Below are positions 53,021-64,000 of a DNA stretch of 64,000 nt, piece after piece (the first letter of the stretch is position 1; each line of letters opens with the position of its first letter). The notes beneath the pieces were generated by a model. It was not told the DNA's origin. It did no database searches and saw only the letters and a list, made by a program, of their open reading frames with translations. Origin of the DNA: the human T2T-CHM13v2.0 reference genome, Homo sapiens; NCBI RefSeq assembly GCF_009914755.1, contig NC_060928.1; one strand, written 5' to 3'. The position numbers and the translations under genes are program-made.

Positions 53021-55338
53021 GATAGGTTAGACATCATGAGTGTATGCCATTTAATTCTTACAATTAGAAGGGGCTTCAGATAGCACCATATCCCAAACCC
53101 TCATTTGACCTAAACTAAAATTGAGACTGGTGGTATTTCAATGATATCACCAAAACACATTACTTGCTAGTGGCAGAGATATGGCAAGATTCCTAATTTG
53201 TCTGGGTAGTGCTCTTTCTTTTTCCAACCAAATATATAAACTTTAAAAAATATATTTTATCTATTCTTTCTATGCATTTGGAATAAAGTGATAGTTGACT
53301 AAACTAGTTTTAAGAAGACCTAGGAAAAACTTAATTATAAGTCTCTATGGTTAGATAGCCAGGCTAATGCAGCCAGAATGAGGAGCAACAATACAACATC
53401 TCTTCTTCCTAGTTCTATGAAGTGAACAGGCATCCAACAAGGCTGATGGCACAGAAGATGGTCCTAAGACAGACAAGCAAACAAAACTTGCCTTCTCTGT
53501 GGAAGCACTTCCTGACTTCGCTTCCCCAACAAGTAAGCCTTACTTCTGTTACAGGACTTTGAACACTTCATATCACCAACTTTTTTACATGTCTGCTTCC
53601 TCTACCTTACAGGACCTGGCTATGTCTTATTCATTCTTCTATTCCCAGTATCCTAGTTCATCATATGCACAGTGATAACGTATAACAATGAGAAGATTAT
53701 TTTATGGAATTACTGAGTGCATCTGTTATTTTAAAAATTGACATAAATCTCACACTTTTTAGTGTGAGGCAAGTTTTTGTTTGTTTGTTATAGGACCATC
53801 TATTGTGTAATGAGATATTCTACAACTTTCAGCCAGACTATACATTTTTAAAAGATTTGGGACAAGTTCACATATAGAAATCAAATAATATTTTGTTTAT
53901 TGACTTTTCTCTCTGTGGCATCTCTTGCTCTGTTGAATGGCGACCACCTGACAATCTATTCTAAGTCCTCTTGTGTACCTGGGAGGAACAAACCTTGTAC
54001 TGCAGAAGAATATGTCACTACTTTTCACTCCACTAGGTGTCCTCTGTCAGTTATTCTTATCTATTTCCAGTAAGTTTTGCTTGGTTTCCATCCTCTTTAT
54101 TTCTGATAGATATCACAAGCACATACATTTTAATAATTACATGTAATCACCCTTAAAAAAGTTGGTAAAGGCACAATTTATTTTGAATTAACTGAAAAGG
54201 TATAGGCAGGGCATGAGAGATGTTCAAACTTGAAAAGAAGTTTTTGGAATTATTAAAACTTTTTTTTTAATGGCATAGTTTCCCCAGAATAGTATATAAT
54301 TGCTTTTGCTTTCTCCCCTTTATACCCAGTCTCTTTCCTTCCCATATTTATATATTTCTTTCTCTATAGATATAAAAGAGAAAAAAATGGCTGTTTAAAC
54401 TGCACTGTATCTATTTCATGTTCTTGGCTTTGAAAACTGTCTTTCATGCTATGTGCTTTTCCAGAAATAGAAATAATTGGATACTGCTGTAAGTTAAAAT
54501 GAAAAGTACATCTAAGTATTTCATAAGAGCAAAGGATGATTAATGTAGTAAGAAGTGGTTTTTCATGGGCAAGTAATGTGCAGTAAGTACTGCAAAACTT
54601 TTCAACAACAAAATACAAAACACAGTACTTTTCAACAACAGAACAACAAAAATGTGAAAAAGTTTTCACATTTGACTAATGGCAATTTTAGTTTACCGTC
54701 AAGAGATAAAATCCCCTCTTTTTAAAAGGAATCTCACTTATACACATTTACCATACCCTTACAACCTCATGGGCTATCTTTGACATAAACTATATTATGA
54801 CTTCCTCTCTTTATTAATATTTCAGCCCTAGGGGCTAATATGAAAAATTTATTTTTATTCAATCTAGAACTTCCTTAACTTTTTTGTTTCTTCATACTTT
54901 ACATATTTAGAATATTATTTGCTAGGATCTGATCTTCCCACCTGAGAAACTTCTGTGCCAAGTTTTCCTCTTTGCTTCTAGTGCACCAGTCTGCTAATAT
55001 TTGAAATGTGTTACTTTACATTACAAAAAGAGAAAAGTAAAGCATAACATTGTATTTGTTATTATATCTAAATACTAATAATTTCAGGGGTCATTTCTAC
55101 ATTTGGATTATATTGATATAAGGGCATTAAAATTATAGATATACTGGGATTAAAGATTCAGTGCAGAATAGCACCAAAGATATATTTCACATATACCATT
55201 GGTCAAATACACCTACCGTTTAGTTAATAGGTAAAGAATATTAAAGGATTGCTAGTTAGAATGTATAATACTCAGATGACTGTAGAAAAACAAAAGACTT
55301 GGACATTTTAAGGAAATTACTATCTAGTTAAGGTGATC

Positions 55339-55647
<309 letters not shown>

Positions 55648-55791
55648 TTAAAATAAATGAAGAAGAAAATCTCCCATTAATCAATAAATCAAGAAGATCA
55701 AATGTAATACAATATGATCCCGTATCTAGGTCCAACATCACAAAAATACTTCTTGGATGGTGTAGGCCGTCATAAGAAGCCACAGTAGCTG

Positions 55792-55862
55792 GAGAAAAGA
55801 CAGAAAGAGGAAAGATAAGAAAGAGATACAGGGAGGAAGAGAGAAAGAGAGAGACAGAGAAT
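55792..55862. repeat. GA-rich low-complexity tract
   Basis: gagaaaagacagaaagaggaaagataagaaagagatacagggaggaagagagaaagagagagacagaga. Confidence 0.7.
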
Positions 55863-56275
55863 AAAGCTCAAGACAATTTAGACAACATTCAAAGGGATAC
55901 GTTACAATGGGGTATTGGCAGTCATCTTTTTTCTTTCTGGACTACAGAGGTTTGGAGATGAGGGGAGCTGATGTTGAAAGGAACAAAGATCAGTTTTAAG
56001 AGGCTAATAAAGAGATTTTTGGAGGAAATTTTGGGGGACTATATATTATTATAAAACTATGTGTGATATTATAGCTAGGGTAGATATGAATATAGTACAG
56101 CAGAAGTCGTACTATGCAAGCCACATTGTAGACAATGAAGCCAGAGTTAAGAAGTTGGAGATTCAATCTGACAGATCTGTAACTAGAACAATGGGTTCAA
56201 AAACAAACAGAGAAGACAAGTAAATTAATAAGTACTGTAGTCCAGATAATCAGAGTGTGGAGAGTGAGTAAGCCA

Positions 56276-56298
56276 GAACACAATGCATAGATTGCCGG
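56276..56298 (+). other. HEK293 site 2 SpCas9 guide off-target 1 (protospacer plus CGG PAM)
   Basis: GAACACAATGCATAGATTGC-CGG differs from the recalled guide GAACACAAAGCATAGACTGC at positions 9 and 17. Confidence 0.88.
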
Positions 56299-56843
56299 TA
56301 AATAGGTTTAGATTCATCCATTTTTAAAAAATGGTGTGGGAGCATTAAATATGTATATAGTAGATATGGAAAAATGATTCTCATAATAACTGACATTTCT
56401 GTTTCACAAGAAAATTATTTTACATTATATGTATATTTTACATAAATTATACATAGTCATTTAAAAAGCTCAAATAGTGCAAAAACAATATGGAGAATTG
56501 CCTGAAATCATCCTACCGTTAGAGAAAACCATATTCACCATTTGCTGATTATTTCTGTTAGTGCATGTCTTTACGCAAACACATGTGCCCATGCATACAT
56601 AATATTATATAATTTATGTCATATGAAATATACTACTTTTGCAAAACTTTAATTTTTCAAGTTTTTTTTCCCTAAACTTTGTTCTTCCTGTTCTCTTTTC
56701 TTCTTTTCCTTTTTCCCGTCTCTAGGTTATCTATACCATAAAACTCATGCATATCTTTCCATGTATATCTCCATGCTCACAAAATCATATATATATGAGG
56801 TTTTATTTCGCTGTTCATTTTAAAAAACTGAAATTACATAATA

Positions 56844-57133
56844 CAGCCAGCCCTTTATATCCATGGGTTGCACATCTGAGAATTCAACCAACCACAGATA
56901 TATATTTTTAAAAAAATAACAATACAACAATAAAAATACAATACCACAACTATTTACATAGCTTTTACGTTGTAGTAGGTATTATAAGTAATCTAGAAAT
57001 GATTTAAAGTATATGGGAGGATGTGCATAGGTTATGTACAAATGATATGCCATTTTATATAAGGGACTTGAGCATCTGTGGATTTTGCAGGGGGTCCTGA
57101 AACCAGTTTCCTGCGGAAACTGAGCAATGACTG
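56844..57133. mobile_element. MER2/Tigger3a-like DNA transposon
   Basis: CAG...CTG termini with TA duplications (56842-56843 and 57134-57135). Internal gccattttatataagggacttgagcatctgtggatttt. Confidence 0.9.
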
Positions 57134-59063
57134 TATACGTGTTTCTGCAACTTGATATTTTTGTTGAAATTCTTCTAATTGACGTTATGGGGCTCTAGTG
57201 CATTCTCTTTTATGGTTGTACAATACCCCATGGTAGGAATGTTCTGCAATCTACTCAACCATTTCCCTACTGAATATTATTCTCTTTGTTTCAGTCTTTC
57301 ATCATGATAAAATCTGGAATAATCATTCTTACATACATAACTTACTAATGCTTTTATTTCTATGTAATGATTTCCCCAGAGTAGGATTACTGGGTTTGAA
57401 GACATGTGCCTTTTAAATTTTTAATAGACACTAGCAGGTGTCTTTCCAAAAAGCATACAATTCACATTTCTACCCTTTTTCCTACATCCCTGTTGGCAGT
57501 AGGTATTACTATTGTTTCATTTCTAGCAGTCTTATGGGTAAGCTGTTATTATTTTAATCTGCATTCTCTTAACTACTAGTAGCTGCCTGTTCATATTCTG
57601 GTCTATTTTTATTATATATCTGAGTATTAGTATTTAAATAAACATAATTTAATATCCTTTTGTATCATGAGAAATACATGTAATATGTGAAGGAAGATAA
57701 AATTGTTAAATATACTCTGTGTAATAACAAGCATCCCATAAACAGTTATGATATCATTTAATGCTAAGGCAATCAGGAAGACAATTCCAGTGCTACTCTA
57801 CTGGGATCCAGGGAGCATAGATGAGTAACTTTGAGGGAATTCATTCCCTGGTAGAAAGCTGAACTCAAATAACATCTGTTCTATAGGGTATACACAATTT
57901 TAAAAATAATAATACGTGTTTGGGTCAGAGAGTTTAAGAGATAGAAGGAAGCAATTTTATGTGTTGAAGGTAAAGGTCATTGGTCCCAGCATACCAACAC
58001 AAAATATGCAAATCCTGAGAGGGAAAGTGCAAAGGGAGATACACTAACCATTCCAGAGACATGGTTAACATGAAAGTCCATAAGGCAGAAACTAGGGAGA
58101 GAATGTACACATTCACATGCAGACAGTGGACATTTGTGCTAGAGGTATCTTTTGAATGCTCCACTCCCCAAGCATCTCTAAGTCTGCTGCAAAGCCAATG
58201 CTTTGCAGTATGGCTTCTGACAGTGAAATTTACCATGACCATCTGACTTCTCAACTCCAAGACTAGTAGATTATTTTGTTACCTTTTAGATGGCTATTTG
58301 CAAAGGAACTAAATGTTTTTAAGTCAAGTACTAGACTGAATTATTCTTATCAGTTCACATGTTTGACTTGCAACTATTATAGATTAATATATTTGTGTAT
58401 TTTTAATTAATTCAAAGGTGAATTTTTCAAAAGCAGTTTGGCTGCCTGGCTTCTCCAAAAGTAACAAAATACCTTTCACACACCACAGATGAGAGCACTC
58501 GGGATTCCTTAAGCTTTGATAATTCAAATGTGTCTTAAAGGTATTGATTTTATACTCAACATGACAGAATTTTAAGCAAAGAGATTTTTAAAAAGCAATA
58601 ATAAAAATAAGTTGAGTAGAATATTAAAAAACAAACAAAAAAACCCTTATACTACATGCTTTGACTAAAGTTTGAAAGCATGCCTTCACACACAGATCTC
58701 CTCGGCAAGGGTGGAATAAGCAAGACATTAAAAAAATGTTCTGGTTGATCATTGGATGCCTGCCCAAGTTATTTTGACACAAGAGTGCTCCATAGGTTTC
58801 AAAATAAAAACAAGAATTTAAGGGAAATAAATGCTAAGCAGAGAACTCAGTGGCTATGGCCATACGCTTCAGGAAATACAAAATCTACAGAATTAGTCCA
58901 GGAAAGTCATCAAACAAATAAGCAGCAACAGCAAGAGCAACAATATTAACAACAACAAAATGAGCAAGGAAAACCAGCTATTATCAGAGAGGGATCAGAT
59001 ACTAGAGTTATTGCAATGTTCTAACTGAAATGTCCAGTTTTCAACAAAATTTACAAGACATGA

Positions 59064-59466
<403 letters not shown>

Positions 59467-59543
59467 AGAAAATGAAGACTTTAAATATGACCCAAGAACT
59501 AAAAAACTATGGTTAAATAATCATAAGAAAGTATGGTGACTAT

Positions 59544-59894
<351 letters not shown>

Positions 59895-60573
59895 CTAAGA
59901 TAGAAAATTTTTCTAATAAAAGAATCAAATAGAAATTGATTCTGGTGTTGAAAGTACAATAACAAATGAAAAATTCACTAGTGGGACTTCACAACAAATT
60001 TGACCTGGCAGAAGAAAGAATTGGTGAACTTGAAGAAAGATCAATGGAAATTATCCAGCCTAAGAAACAGAAAGACAATAAAAACAGTAAGAAAATGAAG
60101 ATTTTCAGAGGTGTGTGCAACACCATTAAGCACATCAACATATGCTTAACAGGAGTCCCAGAAAGAGGGAGGAAAGATAAATGAGAAGAAAACTATATGA
60201 AGAAATGAAGGCTGAAAACTTCCCAAATTTGATGAAAACATTAATCTAGACATCCAAGATACTTAATAACCTCTAAATAGAATAACATTAAGAAAACCAC
60301 ACCAAGAAACATCACAGTCAAATTAATGATTACTAACAAAGAGAGAATCTCGCGAGCAGCAAGAGAAAAAGAACTTACATCATACAACGGACTTTCCATA
60401 AAATTAACAGGTGACTTATTAGAAACCACTGAAGCCAAAGGACAGTGGGATGACACCTTCAAACTGTTGAAAGAAAAAGACTTTCAGCCAAGAATTCTAC
60501 ATCCAGCAAAACTCTCCTTCAGAAATGAAAAAGAAACTAAGACATTCTCAGTCTTAGAAAATTAGAGAGAATT

Positions 60574-60889
<316 letters not shown>

Positions 60890-61729
60890 GAGAGAATTTG
60901 TCACTAGTAGATTGGTGCCTTGAAAAATGCTAAATAGTAGTTCTAAACAGGATTCTTTAGACTGAAAAAAAGGATAGTAGATGGTAATTTGAATCAACAT
61001 GAAGAAAAAAGGGAGCACTGGTAAAGGTAAATGCATAGGAAATATAAAAAACTATAAATATATTTTTGTTTGTATTTTTTTTATTTAAGAGCAACTGCAT
61101 AAAGGAATAATTATAAAATTATGTTGATGGATTTAGTAAGTATAAATAGTGCATATGACAATAATAGCGCAAAGAATGTGGGAGGCTATGGAAGTATACT
61201 GGAACAAAGTTTCTGGAAATGATTGAAATCAAGCTGGTCTTAAACCAAACTAGATTATTTTAAGTTAAGATGTTAATTGCACTCTTGAAGACAACTACTA
61301 TTGCCATTGCATTCATGGATCAAAGGACCAAAGGGCAGAAGTAAGGATGGCAGTGATTAAAATTACTTCACTTGCAAAACATATTATTCCCAATCTGAAG
61401 TGGGCTGTGCTAATTTAGTAAGTACCAGTTATTGGTCATATGTCATTTTTCAGGTTACTTAAACTGTCTTTGCATTGAGTATCTCAACTTTGAAATAACA
61501 ATAGTAATTGTCATCATCATCATTATCATCATCATACATTCCTTATGTTGTTATGAAATAACAACAAATTATTATTATTTTGGAAATGTATATATGGGAA
61601 GAAGAGTGGATGGGTATATAAAAGTATGGAGTACATCAGATGTTTTTTCCTGCCTTCTCTACAGCCACTTCATCTCTTTAACAGCACTCTGAAGTCCTTC
61701 TAAAGAGTTACTTCTTTCCCACTGAATAG

Positions 61730-62030
61730 AGTCTGCTGGGACAATCAGGTACTCTTCACTCCCCTAGGCTATTGGATGCTCCTGCCCTGGAATTCAAAAC
61801 TTGAGAAAAGGGTAGAGATCAAAAATAGTTGGAGTTTATTTCTTCCAAGAGCAGTACCTAATCTGTTACTGCTGTGACCACTCCTGTAGTTCCTGCTTCC
61901 TGATCCTCTGGAGCTGCTTTAGTTCTAGTCCTCCTGCCTTTCTGCTGACTCTGTGGTTCCTAATACTCTCCCAGTAAATTCCAATTGACTAATGTTAACC
62001 CAAGTTGGTTTCTGTTCTTTGCAAAGAAGA
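61730..62030 (+). mobile_element. Old MLT1 (J/K/L-like) LTR fragment
   Basis: 3' end agtaaattcc...ccaagttggtttctgttctttgcaa typical of MLT1 U5. Confidence 0.5.
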
Positions 62031-62054
62031 AAAAACCAAAAGCAATAACCATAC

Positions 62055-63200
62055 TGCACTGAGTTCTACAGAAACAGATGCTGAGATGGAGTTTGAACAT
62101 CAAGGCATTTATTAGGGATAAATATCTGTAAAAGGGAAGGGGAGTAAGAAGAATTGGGCAGAGGGAAAGTCAAACCAGGATGCAGGCCGGTCAACCCCAT
62201 GGGGAACTCTGTTACACATAATGCCTGTCAAGTTGTTTTTGGTTGACTGAAACAGTCAGACCTTTATGCTATCTCTTGGTTAGTCACTGGATATGAAGAG
62301 CTCCAAGACTAATGAATGTGCCCATGTGGGAGGTGGCTTTTGGGAACTCCTGAAGGAGCTGATAGCTGGAGGTCATCTGATGAAAACTGGGACAATGAGT
62401 TCTTCCTTGTAGAGGAATCTGATTGGCACATCTCTGGGCCCACCAGTCTACATCTTGCACCATTCAGATTCAATTATTTATTTCTAATCTTTCTAGAGTT
62501 CTGGTTGGCCTCTCTTCTTGGGGGAAACTGGGAAGAGAAAAGTTAAACTATAGCTCTTACTATAAACTATAGCTCTTATAGGGGTATAGCTCTTATAGGG
62601 CTATAGCTCTTTATAGGGTTAAACTATAGCTCTTACTACTGTAGGTGATCTTGGAGGCACAACTGGCAATCATTACTTTTCTTTAACATTCTTCATTTTA
62701 AACTCCTCTCATCCTCAGCTACCACCTCTGCTGGTCTTGATGGCAGTGCCTTATCTTGATATCCTGGCTTACCATGCCAAAGGGGTCTGAGCCTCTTTCT
62801 GATCACCATGGCATTTTGGGGTCAGGATTGCCATACTTATCCATTTACTATCATAACTTGGCAAGGCAGTACCAAGAGGCACCTAAGTGGATCTGAGTGT
62901 CACCTGAATTTCTCCCTGCCAGCATTGTGTAACAGTAGCTTGAACTCCTCCTGACAATCATGGTCAATTACCACTGACAAGTGGTGACTCTTTTCCTCGT
63001 CTTCTCATTCTTGGACACAAGGAGGTCAAAACACCAAGGCAGCAGCCATTCCTTATTATTTACTGGGACTCTTGCTATGGCCAATGGAGAAACCATGCTC
63101 ACGTTGGGCACTAGGACCACGAACTTTGTAGATCCCAAAGTCATGGGAATGGGAACCAGAAAATCTCCCAGAGGGATGGGATTTGAGGAAGTACAATGAT
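62055..63200 (-). mobile_element. LTR16-like LTR (about 62055-62443) plus adjoining ERVL (ERV3-16A3-like) internal fragment
   Basis: aaacagatgctgagatggagtttg..tttattaggga..tgggcagagggaaagtcaaac LTR16 motifs, followed by ERVL-like internal sequence. Confidence 0.65.
62542..62640. repeat. Irregular 5-copy minisatellite with core TATAGCTCTT
   Basis: Cores start at 62549, 62568, 62585, 62602 and 62625. Confidence 0.92.
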
Positions 63201-63689
63201 GTATTTTCCATTTCCATCTTCATGTGTTTGATATAAACTACCAATGCAAGGGAATAAAAATGCAAGATTATACTCATATCCACATTATGCTTGTTTTCAT
63301 ATTCACATAGGAAATTGTTGTGCACCTGTTTTTATTGCTTAACTTGAAATAACTAATTAAAAATGCACAGTGTTGGTCATGAGGATAAGGGAAAGATTAG
63401 GGTAGAAAAAATTGGGATTTTGAGTGCTCTGTTTTTACATTTTATACATATTTTGGGTATACAAAATAAAATCCAACTCCCTTGTCCCTTTGTAACACAT
63501 ATGCACATATTTGTTTATGGAAAACAGTCTGTAAATTTATTAAATTTGCATTTTTATTTGGTAGGTCAGGAGGTTGCTGAAAATAGTATGTATGCATCCA
63601 TTACACAGACAGAAAGGAAAAAGAAAGTTAAGAATATGTAAAACATTAATGCTAAGCACAATGACCGTTGTACCTACTATATTTATTTC

Positions 63690-63850
63690 TAACCTAATCT
63701 CACCAGGAGGTCTTCAGGGAAGGCATTTTTAATAGTAATTTTGCTGATGAAGAAATTGGTGCTCAGAGAAAGAGAAGGTGGGTAACTTGACTAAGGTCAT
63801 GTGATTTGCAAGTGTAAATAGATATTAAAATGGGACTTATTCCATCTCAG
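63690..63850 (-). mobile_element. MIR
   Basis: ttttgctgatgaagaaattggtgctcagaga..gtaacttgactaaggtcat. Confidence 0.65.
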
Positions 63851-64000
63851 GTAGGCCACAAATAACATATGTTAGATATGCTAAGAGATTGTAAAATGGG
63901 TTCTTGAAGCAATATCTCATACAAGAATGGCACCCAACCAGTTGAGAAAGAAGGTTCTCTTGAAAAGAGTAAATGATGGGAGTAGGGAGGGCATTTTCCC

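Noticed and set aside
62542-62640. CRISPR-like array
   Set aside because: The repeat core is only 10 bp, the linkers are 7-13 bp and related to each other, the context is eukaryotic and there are no cas genes.

Overview
Human/primate, AT-rich, repeat-dominated non-coding DNA. I found no protein-coding gene, CpG island, tRNA/rRNA or CRISPR array. Roughly half the window is transposon relics: old and mid-age L1s, about 15 Alus, MIR/L2, MaLR/ERVL/ERV1 LTRs (including one two-LTR MaLR provirus), and Tigger/hAT DNA transposons. The listed ORFs are broken L1 ORF1/ORF2 pieces or repeat-derived noise. One landmark identifies the locus: 56276-56298 is GAACACAATGCATAGATTGC-CGG, which I recall as off-target 1 of the HEK293-site-2 SpCas9 guide, on chr4q22 in the intergenic region beyond the SNCA 3' end (needs BLAT confirmation). 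I see no convincing undescribed biological system. The most unusual structures are an ORF2-deleted (ORF1-only) L1PA that keeps an ORF0-like antisense start, a 76-nt retrocopy of an LTR-terminated mRNA end, several templated-insertion or fold-back scars, a perfect DR5 element next to a TATA box, a CTCF-like site, and a few candidate lncRNA exons. Repeat subfamily names are from recalled consensus sequences and boundaries are approximate.
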